Source: Defluviitaleaceae bacterium
GTDB taxonomy: Bacteria; Bacillota; Clostridia; Lachnospirales; WRAX01
Direction of reading: 5' to 3'
DNA: 64,000 nucleotides
Assembly (NCBI GenBank): GCA_009779935.1
Contig: WRAX01000002.1
Location: 10,772-74,771 of the forward strand
Numbering within the stretch: position 1 is the first letter of the stretch; each line of letters begins with the position of its first letter. Under the pieces are notes generated by a model that was not told where the DNA came from, ran no database searches, and worked only from the letters and a program-made list of their open reading frames with translations. Made by a program: the position numbers and the translations under genes. Below, piece by piece: positions 43,218 to 53,732 of the stretch.

Positions 43218-46121
43218 ATGGCCAAAAAACGCATACACGAACTGGCAAAGGAGCTTGGGGTGGGCTCATCAGACATAATGAAATTTTTACCCCAATTAAA
43301 CATAGAAGCAAAAACCCACTTTTTAGGGCTGGATGCGGATGTGGCGCAGAAGGTAGCAAACCATTTTGGTAAAGCTGTCCCGGTTGCCACAGACGGCGAA
43401 AAAAAGGTTAAACAGCAGGCGGAAAAGCCTGTTGTTTCTGCGCCTGCTGAGAAGAAACCTGCACCCGCCCAGAAAGCGGAGGAAAAACCTGCCGAAAGAC
43501 CTGCGGCAAGGGCGGCAGAACGCCCTGCGCCAAGGCAGGACAGGGAACGCCCCGTGCGTTATGATAAAGACGGCAATGTGGTGCCATACCGCCCACGCCC
43601 CGTGGATGAGCATGGCAACCCATTGCCACGCAAACGCCCTGTGGGGCCGGATGGTAAGCCATTGCCGCCGCCTGTATATTATGATGCACAAGGCAACCCA
43701 ATACCCCGTAAACCCCGCCCGATAGGAGCAGACGGTAAGCCAATGCCCCGCCCGCCACGCCCCTTGGGGCCGGATGGTAAGCCTGTGCCGCCCCCTGTAC
43801 GCTATGATGCACAAGGCAACCCAATACCCCGCAAACCCCGCCCATTAGGGACGGACGGCAAACCACTACCAAGACCCGACAGACCCCATGGAAGCGGAGA
43901 CCGCCCACAAAGACCTTACGGCGACCGTCCGCCACGCCCACAAGGAAGCAGTGATAGACCTCACAGCGACCGCCCACGTGGGCAATTTGGTGACCGCCCG
44001 CCACGCCCACAAGGCGATAGACCCCAGTACGGCAACCGCCCGCAAGGCGATAGACCACCCCGCCCCGGTGGTGACAGGCCTTCTTTTGGCGGCCGTCCGG
44101 GAGGTGGCGGACAAGGCGGCTTCCGTCAAGGCGGCCATGGCAGCGGCAGAGCGGGTGGTAGCGATATTCCCGCTGTTGGAGGCGGTGGCTTTAACAAAGG
44201 CAAACAAGGTGGCGGAAAGACCGCTGAAGCTCCCGATAAGCAAGGGCGCAAGCAAAGACTTGAAGCTGGTAAAAAAGACCGCAGGCACGACCGTGGCGGC
44301 GTTGACAGGGAAAAGGACTTGGATTTCAGACCGCAAGTAAAATCCTATGCCAAGCCGGAAGCCCCAAGCATTATTCAAATTCCGCCACAAATCACCCTTA
44401 AAGAACTGGCGGAGCTTATGTTAAAACAAGGCTCGGAAGTGGTTAAGGCACTTTTCAAAAAGGGTGAGATGATAAAGATAACCGATACCATCTCCTTTGA
44501 AAAGGCCGAAGAAATTGCCATGGATTACAATATCCTTGTTGAAGAAAAAATTGAAATCGATATACTTGAAGAGGTTTTTGCTGAGGAAGAAGAAGCCCAT
44601 GCTGTTTTAGCGGAGCGGCCCCCGGTTGTGGTGGTTATGGGCCACGTAGACCATGGTAAAACATCGCTGCTGGATGCCATACGCAAAACTGACGTGGTTG
44701 TGGGTGAAGCCGGCGGCATAACCCAGCATATCGGCGCATACCAAGTTAATATTAACGACCGTCAAATAACATTCCTTGATACACCCGGCCACGAAGCCTT
44801 TACAGCAATGCGTATGCGTGGTGCCCAGGTGACGGATATTGCAATACTTGTGGTTGCGGCGGATGACGGGGTTATGCCGCAAACCATCGAGGCCATAAGC
44901 CATGCCCGTGCCGCTGGTGTTGAAATTATTGTTGCCATCAACAAAATTGATAAACCGGCCGCCAATAAGGATCGTGTAATGCAGGAACTTACCGAGTATG
45001 AGCTGGTTGCAGAAGATTATGGCGGCGAAACCATTATGGTGCCTGTTTCTGCCCACACCAAAGAGGGGCTTGATACCCTTTTGGAAATGATAATGCTTGT
45101 AACCGATATGAAGGAATACAAGGCAAACCCCGACAAAAACGCCCGTGGCACGGTAATAGAAGCCCAGCTGGACAAAGGCCGGGGGCCTGTTGCCACAGTG
45201 CTTGTAAAATCAGGCACTTTGGAAGTTGGCCAGCCCATTGTGGCGGGCACAGCCCATGGCCGTGTACGTGCCATGGTAAACGATAAAGGGCAAAAGGTTA
45301 AAGCGGCAGGCCCATCCATGCCTGTGGAGATTTTAGGCTTAACCAGTGTACCTTCTGTTGGTGACTTGTTTTTTGCAGCAAAATCCGAAAAAGAAGCCCG
45401 CTATGTGGCGGAGCATATTATCGCCAAAAACCGTGTTAAGATGATAGAGGAAACCCCTCAAAAAGTGTCCCTTGATGATTTGTTTAACCAAATCCAAGCA
45501 GGAAAGGTTAAAGAGCTTAATGTTATCATCAAAGCGGACGTGGGCGGCAGCGTGGAAGCCATGAAGGCGAGCTTAGAGAAGCTTTCCAATGAAGAGGTGC
45601 GCATACGCACCATCCTTGGTGGCGTAGGTGCCGTTACGGAAAGCGATGTAATGCTTGCCTCTGCATCCAATGCTATCATCATCGGTTTTAATGTGCGCCC
45701 CGAAAATGCCGCAAAAAGTGTGGCGGAGGAGCAACAAGTGGACATCCGCTTGTATCGTGTAATTTACAATGCCATTGATGATGTTAAAGCCGCTATGATT
45801 GGTATGTTAGACCCGATTTTTGAAGAAAAAGTTATCGGCCACGCCAATGTACGCCAAATCTTTAAGGCATCGGGCATTGGCACGATTGCCGGCTGCTATG
45901 TAACCGATGGTAAAATTACCCGATCTGCGCAAGTGCGTGTGTTGCGTGATAATATTGTTGTTTACGAAGGCGAGCTTGCAAGCCTTAACCGCTTCAAAGA
46001 CCAAGTGCGGGAGGTTTTGCATAACTACGAATGTGGTATTGTGCTTTCCAAGTTTAACGATGTTAAAGAAGGTGACGTAATTGAAGCCTTTGTTATGGAA
46101 GAGATTAGGCGTACGGAATAA
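43218..46121 (+). CDS. infB: Translation initiation factor IF-2
   Basis: [31 protein letters not shown]. Confidence 0.98.
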   Translation: MAKKRIHELAKELGVGSSDIMKFLPQLNIEAKTHFLGLDADVAQKVANHFGKAVPVATDGEKKVKQQAEKPVVSAPAEKKPAPAQKAEEKPAERPAARAAERPAPRQDRERPVRYDKDGNVVPYRPRPVDEHGNPLPRKRPVGPDGKPLPPPVYYDAQGNPIPRKPRPIGADGKPMPRPPRPLGPDGKPVPPPVRYDAQGNPIPRKPRPLGTDGKPLPRPDRPHGSGDRPQRPYGDRPPRPQGSSDRPHSDRPRGQFGDRPPRPQGDRPQYGNRPQGDRPPRPGGDRPSFGGRPGGGGQGGFRQGGHGSGRAGGSDIPAVGGGGFNKGKQGGGKTAEAPDKQGRKQRLEAGKKDRRHDRGGVDREKDLDFRPQVKSYAKPEAPSIIQIPPQITLKELAELMLKQGSEVVKALFKKGEMIKITDTISFEKAEEIAMDYNILVEEKIEIDILEEVFAEEEEAHAVLAERPPVVVVMGHVDHGKTSLLDAIRKTDVVVGEAGGITQHIGAYQVNINDRQITFLDTPGHEAFTAMRMRGAQVTDIAILVVAADDGVMPQTIEAISHARAAGVEIIVAINKIDKPAANKDRVMQELTEYELVAEDYGGETIMVPVSAHTKEGLDTLLEMIMLVTDMKEYKANPDKNARGTVIEAQLDKGRGPVATVLVKSGTLEVGQPIVAGTAHGRVRAMVNDKGQKVKAAGPSMPVEILGLTSVPSVGDLFFAAKSEKEARYVAEHIIAKNRVKMIEETPQKVSLDDLFNQIQAGKVKELNVIIKADVGGSVEAMKASLEKLSNEEVRIRTILGGVGAVTESDVMLASASNAIIIGFNVRPENAAKSVAEEQQVDIRLYRVIYNAIDDVKAAMIGMLDPIFEEKVIGHANVRQIFKASGIGTIAGCYVTDGKITRSAQVRVLRDNIVVYEGELASLNRFKDQVREVLHNYECGIVLSKFNDVKEGDVIEAFVMEEIRRTE
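43548..44090 (+). repeat. Pro-rich coding repeats in the IF2 linker
   Basis: About eight DG(K/N)P-type units with a 123-bp higher-order duplication (GGGGCCGGATGGTAAGCC at 43643 and 43766), then DRP(P)RPQG repeats. Confidence 0.85.
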
Positions 46122-46692
46122 GGCATTGTGGGTTTTGGCGGCGGCGTTGCTTGCATTAACGGGTTGTGCCACGGTGTACGAGGTATTAGAGTATCAGCGT
46201 TGCGGTTGCGATGGCTGGTATTTAAGCGAAATTGCCCGCCGCCCCACGCCGCCCCTAAATTTTCGTGAACTGTTCTGGGAAAGTGTGGATTTGGACGGTT
46301 TTAACACCGTGCACCAATTTACCTTCATCGAATGGGAAAATCACGCCGCCCATTATGTTACCGATTGGGAATATGCCTTCATCCTCTTTCCGGATCAAAA
46401 TTTACGGGATTTCTCTCTGCATCATCTTGGACTTAATGGTGGTGGAGACGAAATGGCGTTTTACACCAAGGAAATCCTGCTAACGATTCCGGAATTTGCA
46501 GCGGGCGATGCGCTTGCCCTAAATTTACACCTTTCCCATTACCTAATTCCAAGGGCTGGCTTCACCTTTGTTGATGAAAGTGGCCAGATGCACAGAATGT
46601 TAGTACAAGACGGCACACCCCGTGGCGGCTGTGGACCGCATTTTGGGATAAGCCACCACGACCCCCAGTGGGGCTTTGGCTGGGCAGATTAA
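46081..46692 (+). CDS. Hypothetical lipoprotein between infB and rbfA (start uncertain)
   Basis: Signal peptide [18 protein letters not shown] with lipobox; ORF fills the gap. Confidence 0.7.
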   Translation: MKPLLWKRLGVRNKALWVLAAALLALTGCATVYEVLEYQRCGCDGWYLSEIARRPTPPLNFRELFWESVDLDGFNTVHQFTFIEWENHAAHYVTDWEYAFILFPDQNLRDFSLHHLGLNGGGDEMAFYTKEILLTIPEFAAGDALALNLHLSHYLIPRAGFTFVDESGQMHRMLVQDGTPRGGCGPHFGISHHDPQWGFGWAD

Positions 46693-46705
46693 AGGAGGAG
46701 TATAC

Positions 46706-47056
46706 ATGAAAAACCGAATGATTAGAATAAACGATGAAATTATGAAAGAACTAAGCGAAATTTTGCGTGGCGGCATTAAAGACCCACGCATGACTGCCAT
46801 GGCAAGTGTTGTGCGTGTGGAAACCACACAGGATTTGAAATTTGCCAAAGCATTTATCAGCGTGATGGGTACGGATGAAGAAAAGCAAAAAACTATGGCG
46901 GCATTGGAAAACGCCAAGGGTCACATCCGCTCTCAGGTAGCAAAGGCAATTGACTTGCGCCAAACCCCCGAATTTACCTTCATCTTGGACGATTCCCTTG
47001 ACCATGGCATGAGAATTGACCAAATTTTGGATGATGTGAATAAGTTGGAGGAATAG
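46706..47056 (+). CDS. rbfA: Ribosome-binding factor A
   Basis: IKDPR, DLKFAK, LRQTPEFTF..D.S. Confidence 0.96.
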   Translation: MKNRMIRINDEIMKELSEILRGGIKDPRMTAMASVVRVETTQDLKFAKAFISVMGTDEEKQKTMAALENAKGHIRSQVAKAIDLRQTPEFTFILDDSLDHGMRIDQILDDVNKLEE

Positions 47057-47059
47057 CCT

Positions 47060-48016
47060 ATGGCATTTTCCACAAAAGAAGCCTGGGATAATATGACCAA
47101 AAACGGTGAAAACATTGTAATCGTCACCCATTACGGGCCCGATGGCGATGCTGTGGGGTCTTGTTTTGCTTTGGCTTATGCCCTTAAAAAAGCAGGCTTT
47201 TCACCCAAAGTTGTGTTGGATAATTATAATGATAAATTAAATGTTGTAGATGGTAGCGAATTTATTTTCAAAGGCGATACCCGTATTATGCCCATAGACT
47301 TGTTAATTTGCCTTGATTGCGGGGATTTTGCACGTGTTGCCGCCCCCGGGGATTTGTTTGCCCGTGCCTTTGTAACCATTAATGTGGACCACCACATGGG
47401 TAATGACGGTTTTGCCACCCACAATTATGTGGATACAACGGCCCCCTCTACCTGCGAGATAGTTTTTAGCATCATAAACCCCTTTGTGCCTATGACAAAG
47501 GACATGGCATCGGCACTTTATTTGGGTATGGTTACGGATACAGGCGGTTTTCGCTATTCCGCCACCACCCCCAAAACTATGGAAATTGCGGGCAAACTAA
47601 TGTCCGTGGGTATTGATTTTACCACAATCCAGCAACGAGCCGTTTATACCCGAAGCAAAGTAGAAAATGCCATTTTTTCCAAAGCCTTGCAAAATTTGGT
47701 ACATATGCCCAATGGGCTAACCTACACCACCATAACACAAGTGGAAATGGCGGAAGCTGGTGCAGATTACAGTGACTTGGAAGGTATTGCGGAACATATG
47801 TTAAGCATAGAAGGCACAAAAATTGCCGCATTTTTTAATGAGAGGCCTGTGCGTACAAAAGTTAGCTTCCGTAGTAAGGAATATGAGATAAACACCATTG
47901 CGGCGAAATTTGGCGGCGGCGGGCATAAATTTGCGGCAGCTGCCAGTTTTGAAAGTAATTTTGATGAAGGCGTGGCGGCTGTTTTAGCGGCGACGGAGCG
48001 GTTTTTGGATGCTTAA
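47060..48016 (+). CDS. nrnA: DHH/DHHA1 oligoribonuclease/PAP phosphatase
   Basis: H.GPDGDA, LDC, VDHH, TDTGGF, SFRS, GGGGH. Confidence 0.92.
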   Translation: MAFSTKEAWDNMTKNGENIVIVTHYGPDGDAVGSCFALAYALKKAGFSPKVVLDNYNDKLNVVDGSEFIFKGDTRIMPIDLLICLDCGDFARVAAPGDLFARAFVTINVDHHMGNDGFATHNYVDTTAPSTCEIVFSIINPFVPMTKDMASALYLGMVTDTGGFRYSATTPKTMEIAGKLMSVGIDFTTIQQRAVYTRSKVENAIFSKALQNLVHMPNGLTYTTITQVEMAEAGADYSDLEGIAEHMLSIEGTKIAAFFNERPVRTKVSFRSKEYEINTIAAKFGGGGHKFAAAASFESNFDEGVAAVLAATERFLDA

Positions 48017-48887
48017 TGGTGTGCTTAATATATATAAACCAAGGGATTTTACATCCAATGATGTGGTGCAGGTTGTTAAACGCCTAACCAAATCCAAGGC
48101 GGGGCACACAGGCACACTGGATCCGCAGGCCACGGGGGTTTTGCCCATTTGCTTGGGCCGTGCCACCAAAATTGCGGACTATATCATGAATGGGGATAAG
48201 GAGTATATTGCGCAAGTTGTCTTGGGAATAGCTACCGATACAGGCGATGCCCATGGTGCAGAAATTGCCCATGGGGGACTTGTAGACGACAAAGCCCGCA
48301 TACAAGGGGCTTTATCCCGTTTTGTAGGCGAAATTAACCAAATGCCGCCCATGTATTCCGCTATAAAAGTTGGGGGGAAAAAACTGTACCAATACGCCCG
48401 TGAAGGGGTGATGGTGGAGCGTAAAACCCGCCAAATCACCATTTTACAGCTGGATGTGCTGCACTGGGATTTGCCCCAAAGTTTCGTTATGCGTGTTAAA
48501 TGCTCCAAAGGCACATATATCCGCACTTTGTGCGAGGATATTGGGGTGGCACTGGGAACGGTTGCCCATATGGGCAAGCTATTGCGTACCGAAACCGGGG
48601 GATTTGCCACACAGGGCAGTATTAGCTTGGCTGTGCTGGAAAAAGCCGTACCGGCGGGCAATTTAGGTGATTTGCTAATCCCAATCGAAAGGGCTTTGGC
48701 GCATATGCCAAAAATTTACATTGCGGAAGATGCCCAAAAACTTCTGATAAACGGCAACAAAATCCCATTGGAATATGTTGCGGGCTTGGTTGGTGGACCA
48801 TCCTTAGCATTTGACCATACAGGGCGGCTGGCAGGTATTTTCCACGCTGACGGTGTTTTTTTGCGGCCATTAACAATGTTGCTATAA
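48009..48887 (+). CDS. truB: tRNA pseudouridine(55) synthase
   Basis: GHTGTLDP, PPMYSAIK, CSKGTYIR. Confidence 0.97.
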   Translation: MLNGVLNIYKPRDFTSNDVVQVVKRLTKSKAGHTGTLDPQATGVLPICLGRATKIADYIMNGDKEYIAQVVLGIATDTGDAHGAEIAHGGLVDDKARIQGALSRFVGEINQMPPMYSAIKVGGKKLYQYAREGVMVERKTRQITILQLDVLHWDLPQSFVMRVKCSKGTYIRTLCEDIGVALGTVAHMGKLLRTETGGFATQGSISLAVLEKAVPAGNLGDLLIPIERALAHMPKIYIAEDAQKLLINGNKIPLEYVAGLVGGPSLAFDHTGRLAGIFHADGVFLRPLTMLL

Positions 48888-48898
48888 CGGGGTGCCGA

Positions 48899-49642
48899 AT
48901 GAAACAATTTACTAATGAAAATGTGAACATCCACAGGCCGACTGCCATCACCATAGGCAAGTTTGATGGCCTGCACCGTGGGCATGTAACTTTGATTGAA
49001 GAAATGAAGAAAATGGCGACCTTACAAGGTCTGGCAACCGCTATTTTAACTTTTTCCCCCCATCCCATGGCATTTTTTACCAAAACCCATATGCCCCTTA
49101 TTTTGGATCCCCACGAAAAGGCGGAATTGTTTGGGCAGTTAGGTATTGACTACTATATCCAATATAAATTTGACGAAAACTTTGCCCACACCACACCCCG
49201 GGACTTTATAGAGAAAATTTTGTGCACCCAATTAAACGCTAAAATGCTGGTGGTTTCTTCAGATTATCGCTTTGGCAAAGGTGGGGCCGGGGATGTGGAT
49301 TTTGCTCGAAAAGCAGGCAAAGATATGGGCTTGGAGGTTCATGTTATCCAAAACCTGCTAAACCAGCAGCAACAAAAAATCAGCTCCAATTTATTACGGG
49401 GGCTGATTATGGATAAGGAATTTAAGTTGGTTGCCCAGTTGTGCGGCAGGCCATTCTTCATCAGCGGCAAAACTGATGAAAACGGCATAATAACCCCCCA
49501 CCCTGACAAAATTTTGCCGCCTGACGGGGTGTATGAAGTGGACATTCATGGTCACGGCAACACCGTCATCAAAATCGGGGGCGGCGTTGTCAAATCGGAT
49601 ATCAAGCAGAGTCAAGCCCTAAAAATCCATTTTATGGTATAG
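48899..49642 (+). CDS. ribF: FAD synthetase (FMN adenylyltransferase) with degenerate riboflavin kinase domain
   Basis: IGKFDGLHRGH, TFSPHP, DYRFG, ISS present; GFPTAN kinase motif absent; only 247 aa. Confidence 0.85.
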   Translation: MKQFTNENVNIHRPTAITIGKFDGLHRGHVTLIEEMKKMATLQGLATAILTFSPHPMAFFTKTHMPLILDPHEKAELFGQLGIDYYIQYKFDENFAHTTPRDFIEKILCTQLNAKMLVVSSDYRFGKGGAGDVDFARKAGKDMGLEVHVIQNLLNQQQQKISSNLLRGLIMDKEFKLVAQLCGRPFFISGKTDENGIITPHPDKILPPDGVYEVDIHGHGNTVIKIGGGVVKSDIKQSQALKIHFMV

Positions 49643-50272
49643 GTTTCTGGTTATAAAATAGGATATGATGAAAACCACTGCTGATATCCCAAAAGCTGAT
49701 AATGGCAGGATGTATGGTGCAAAATCCAGTCGCTCGCTTAACATGGGCACAATGACGTTGATACCAACAGCAAAAAGCAGACACATACTGGAAATTAACT
49801 CATCCCTACCCTTACCGATTTTGGAGGATGCAAGGGGAAAGCACAAACCCGCAAACCACAATGGTGTGCTAAACGCATGGGCGGAAGATGTTAAGGCGGC
49901 AAAAAGGTTATCGCCGAATGCTTCCGGGTGCAGGACGACGTTTGCGGCAAAAACAATTGTTGCCAACACCCAGCCAAACAAAGCGCAAATGGCTATGGTT
50001 ATATATTGTGCCGCAAGCAAATCCCCCCTTTTGATGGGCATGGACAGCTGATAACGCTCCCAAAGCCCATTTTTGCTTGCCATTGTTGTAACAAGCAGCA
50101 AGGGTAGGCTTGCCATGGCAATCAACAAAGACATGTTAAAAATAAACAGGTTTCCTGTGATTACACTAACAACAGCCGCCGCTATGGCAATGAAGGCAGC
50201 GGGCAAAGCGTTGCCCCGTGATGCTTGAAATTGAAAGTACAACAAACCCCGTATTGGTGCGGTTTTAGCCAT
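49619..50272 (-). CDS. ABC-2 transporter permease
   Basis: Six TM helices, W..Y.LSMPIKR..L...Y motif, C-terminal KMDF. Confidence 0.85.
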   Translation of the reverse strand: MAKTAPIRGLLYFQFQASRGNALPAAFIAIAAAVVSVITGNLFIFNMSLLIAMASLPLLLVTTMASKNGLWERYQLSMPIKRGDLLAAQYITIAICALFGWVLATIVFAANVVLHPEAFGDNLFAALTSSAHAFSTPLWFAGLCFPLASSKIGKGRDELISSMCLLFAVGINVIVPMLSERLDFAPYILPLSAFGISAVVFIISYFITRNLYHKMDF

Positions 50273-51134
50273 TACTTCTCCCCCTTACCATCATAAGCAT
50301 AATTTCTTCAATTGTTACATTATCAGTGGCAATGCCACGGTATTTTTGCTCCATTGCCTGCCTGTCTATCACCAACACATCGGTTTGATAGTCGTGTTTG
50401 CGATATGCCAGCATATCTGCTTTGTCAATTTCTGCAAACTGGGCGGCTGTGCAGCGCATAATGCCATACTTGTAAATCAAAACATCCTTACTTTCGCTGA
50501 AAATTATCTGCCCGTCGTGGATAAATGTGATATAATCCGCCACCTTTTCCAAATCCGAAGTGATGTGGCTTGATAGTAGGATTGAGTTATTTTCGTCCTG
50601 CACAAAATCCAGAAAAACATCCAAAATATCATCCCGCACGATAGGGTCCAGCCCGCTGGTGGCCTCGTCTAAAATCAGCAGTTTTGGGCGGCGGGCAAGG
50701 GCTGCTGCCACCCCCAATTTCATGCCCATACCACGGGAAAATGACTTAACCTTCTGCTTTTCGGGTAATTTGAATTTTTGCAAATAATTTTGAAACAAGG
50801 TATCGTCCCATTTGCTGTACATATGGCGCATGGCAGAAGCGATTTTGTCAGGTGTTAAATGGTCGGGAAAAGCATTACTGTCGTACACAACCCCCAAATC
50901 ATCACGGATATTTGTTGCGCCATCACCCATCTCTTTCCCGAAAATTTTTACCATGCCACCATCTTTTACCAGTGTATTAAGAATGCAGCCTATGGTTGTG
51001 GACTTGCCCGCGCCATTTTCCCCAACAAAGCCCATAATTGCGCCGGCCGGCAGGTTAAAAGACACGTCCCGCAGCCCGAAAGCAGAGTTTTCGTATTTTT
51101 TGTGCAAACCCTGCACTTCTAAAATCGCACCCAT
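50265..51134 (-). CDS. ABC transporter ATP-binding protein
   Basis: GENGAGKST, FSRGM, ILDEATSGLDP, SSH. Confidence 0.95.
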   Translation of the reverse strand: MGAILEVQGLHKKYENSAFGLRDVSFNLPAGAIMGFVGENGAGKSTTIGCILNTLVKDGGMVKIFGKEMGDGATNIRDDLGVVYDSNAFPDHLTPDKIASAMRHMYSKWDDTLFQNYLQKFKLPEKQKVKSFSRGMGMKLGVAAALARRPKLLILDEATSGLDPIVRDDILDVFLDFVQDENNSILLSSHITSDLEKVADYITFIHDGQIIFSESKDVLIYKYGIMRCTAAQFAEIDKADMLAYRKHDYQTDVLVIDRQAMEQKYRGIATDNVTIEEIMLMMVRGRSNG

Positions 51135-51518
51135 CTAATCATCCCCCTCATAAAATAATTTCAAAATTTCCACTAACTTGTCGATTGCAATATGGTATGT
51201 TCTGCCAATCTCAGCGGCTTTTTGCAGATATTCTTCTGCTTGCCTTTGCTGCTCTTCCTGCACAAAATCCTTGTTGCGGGCGGATACAAAACTTCCACGC
51301 CCCACAGTGGTTTCAATAAACCCATCCCTTTGCAAATTTTCATATGCCGTTTGCACAGTGATAACACTTACATGGATTGATTTTGCCAATGCCCGCATGG
51401 ACGGTAATGGCGCACCTGTTTCCAATTGGCCGCTCATTATCATCGCTTTTATTTGGCTTGCTATTTGCTCATAAATAGGTTTGCCTGTGTTGCTGGTGAT
51501 TATAATATCCAAAGCCAC
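51135..51518 (-). CDS. GntR family (YtrA subfamily) regulator
   Basis: PIYEQI..LPSMRALA..VSVITV..AY.L..G.GSFV; 127 aa, upstream of ABC genes. Confidence 0.93.
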   Translation of the reverse strand: MALDIIITSNTGKPIYEQIASQIKAMIMSGQLETGAPLPSMRALAKSIHVSVITVQTAYENLQRDGFIETTVGRGSFVSARNKDFVQEEQQRQAEEYLQKAAEIGRTYHIAIDKLVEILKLFYEGDD

Positions 51519-51535
51519 CCCCCCTTACGTCTTAT

Positions 51536-51585
51536 ATGTACTTATTGAATAAGTACATTATATCAGGTGCGGTTTAATTTGTCAA
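51536..51585 (-). promoter_or_regulatory. Consensus sigmaA promoter with overlapping YtrA-type operator
   Basis: TTGACA-17-TATAAT (51585-51557); palindrome ATGTACTTAT-TGA-ATAAGTACAT (51536-51558). Confidence 0.8.
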
Positions 51586-51646
51586 GAAGTTTTTTCATAT
51601 TGCAAAAATGTCGCCGCCATGGTATAATTATGTGGGAGGTGGTGGC

Positions 51647-51856
51647 ATGAAGCCAACACAAAAATATGTTCCGCTTACAAAACAATCCAAACGCAAACAA
51701 AGGGAGTTTTATGCAAAACAGCGGCAAGATTGGGGCAGCATAAACCCTGCAACCAAGCAAGCACCAAATGGCAAGGCATATAACCGAAAAAAATCCAAAC
51801 ACCGCCACTCGTCAGATTTTGAGCCGTGTTTGGATTTTTATTTACTTAAATTTTAG
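51647..51856 (+). CDS. Small basic hypothetical protein
   Basis: GGAGG RBS, TTGCAA-17-TATAAT promoter at 51600-51628; K.SKRKQRE...R.DWG.INP.TK motif. Confidence 0.7.
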   Translation: MKPTQKYVPLTKQSKRKQREFYAKQRQDWGSINPATKQAPNGKAYNRKKSKHRHSSDFEPCLDFYLLKF

Positions 51857-51974
51857 GGTTCCTCCTCATTGCCTTTTTGGTATTATCTGACTGCATTTGG
51901 TTTTGAAAATACTTTGCACCCGTTATATTAATAATCACAAGGCTTTCTGGGTCAAATACCGCCCTTCTCTATAT

Positions 51975-52140
51975 TATACTCAAACAACCCCAAAACAGTA
52001 TCACTAAACTTGTCTTTTTATCCGATTTACTGCGTCCCAAGAACCCGCACATACCTCTGGGTATGCACGGGAACCTCGCTCCTTGCAATCGAATAAAAAT
52101 CCTGCGTTTTCTGATACTGTTTTGGGGTTGTTTGAGCATA
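51975..52140. repeat. TATA-ended hairpin dispersed element, copy 2
   Basis: TATACTCAAACAACCCCAAAACAGTATCA vs revcomp of right end 28/29; core shared with 1887-2038. Confidence 0.85.
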
Positions 52141-52228
52141 ACAACCAATGCGTGAGTATTGAGACAAGTGCATCCCCGAGCATGATTAGGGTTACAGCAC
52201 CTTAGCGATAGTTGCTTGGCCGTTACCG

Positions 52229-53680
52229 TTATGAGCGACCCTCCATTTTAGCTTTACGGGCGGCGGCTTTGGCCTCCCGCACCGCCTTCATGCCCCGCCA
52301 TTTGCCGCTGTTGAAACGATGTTTAACTACAATAGAGCGCACGGTTTGATCCAGGAAAAAGGCAAACCAGCCGCCGGCAACGCCCATGTTAAATACGAAC
52401 ACGAACAGGGCGGTAAGCAACAGGCGGGTGCCCCAAATACCCACAATGGACGCATAAAGGGGGTACATGGTATCACCGCTGCCCCGCAATGCCCCTGCCG
52501 TGGACATATTGCTGGACTGTACAAATTGAGTCAGCGCCATAAAGTAAAACACAGGTATGCCGTATTGGATGACGACGGGATTATCCGTATAAATACCCAA
52601 AATCGGGCGGGAAAATACGATGAAGGAGATGGTGACAACGGATGTTACCAGCCTTGCCGTGCGTGCGGAAAATATTGCCATGCGATGGGCTTCGTCATAA
52701 TCATCCCGCCCAACGGCTTGCCCAACAAGGGCAGTGGTGGATACGCCAAAGGCAAAACTGACGGCAAAGGCCAGCATATTAATGTTTATGGCAATGGTGT
52801 GTGCGGCAAAGGCGTAATAGCCCAGCGATGCCAACATGGCAGTGTATACCATAAGCCCCGTTTGTATTGCAAACTGTTCCCCTGCCGACGGCAGGCCTAT
52901 GGAGAAAATATTACGCACCGTGCGGAAATTGGGCTTCCAGCTGGACAGTAATTTTAGGCGTATTGGGGATTTTTTCCAAAACAGCAGCAGGGACATTGCC
53001 GCCAAAAAGGTTACACCACGGGCGATGGATGCAGAAATTGCCGCACCCTGCACCCCAAGGGCGGGAAAGCCCAAATTGCCGTGGATAAGCATAAAATTAA
53101 GAAGCAGATGCAGGGCATTGCCTGCCAAATTGTAAAACATGGAAATTTTTGTTTGCCCAGCCCCGCGGAATGCTGCCGTAATACCCATGGAAACAGCATG
53201 AAAGGCAAGGCTTAATGTTATAATTTGGAAAAAGTTTGTGGAATAGGCTATTACCTGCGCATCATCAATCATCAACGGGAAAAAGTGGCGTGCACCAAAA
53301 AAGCCCACGGATGAAACAATAATACCAAGGCCAAAATTAAATATAATAGCTTGGCGGGTAATTGCCGCCGCCTTTTTATGGTCGCCTTTGCCCACATTCC
53401 AAGAAACAAGGGCGGTTGTACCCACGTTTACAGCATTAAAAATTGCGATAAGCAGAAAAAATGGCTGCTGGGTAAGCCCGACGGATGCAACAGCCTGCTC
53501 GCCTAAATTGCTTACCATTATCATATCCACAACGCCTTTTAGGGAAATCAAAAACAGCTCGAAAAAAGCGGGCAGGGTAATTTTGCGGATTTTACCGTAG
53601 GTTTCCCGACCCTCTTTTGTGCGAAAGCTGTCAAAAAAGCTTATCATGCTATTTTTTATGTAAAGGAATGGGTTGCGCAT
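52229..53680 (-). CDS. MATE family efflux transporter (start uncertain)
   Basis: DMIMVSNLG..AVASVGL, FRGAGQTK, LGVQGAA, LRGSGDT. Confidence 0.93.
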   Translation of the reverse strand: MRNPFLYIKNSMISFFDSFRTKEGRETYGKIRKITLPAFFELFLISLKGVVDMIMVSNLGEQAVASVGLTQQPFFLLIAIFNAVNVGTTALVSWNVGKGDHKKAAAITRQAIIFNFGLGIIVSSVGFFGARHFFPLMIDDAQVIAYSTNFFQIITLSLAFHAVSMGITAAFRGAGQTKISMFYNLAGNALHLLLNFMLIHGNLGFPALGVQGAAISASIARGVTFLAAMSLLLFWKKSPIRLKLLSSWKPNFRTVRNIFSIGLPSAGEQFAIQTGLMVYTAMLASLGYYAFAAHTIAININMLAFAVSFAFGVSTTALVGQAVGRDDYDEAHRMAIFSARTARLVTSVVTISFIVFSRPILGIYTDNPVVIQYGIPVFYFMALTQFVQSSNMSTAGALRGSGDTMYPLYASIVGIWGTRLLLTALFVFVFNMGVAGGWFAFFLDQTVRSIVVKHRFNSGKWRGMKAVREAKAAARKAKMEGRS

Positions 53681-53732
53681 AATTCTATTTTATGCTATTC
53701 TAATAAAAAAAGCAAGTGTTAAAGGAGAATTT

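Noticed and set aside
43548-44090. Repeats as a possible CRISPR array
   Set aside because: They are in-frame, degenerate at third positions, lack unique spacers and lie within infB; no cas genes
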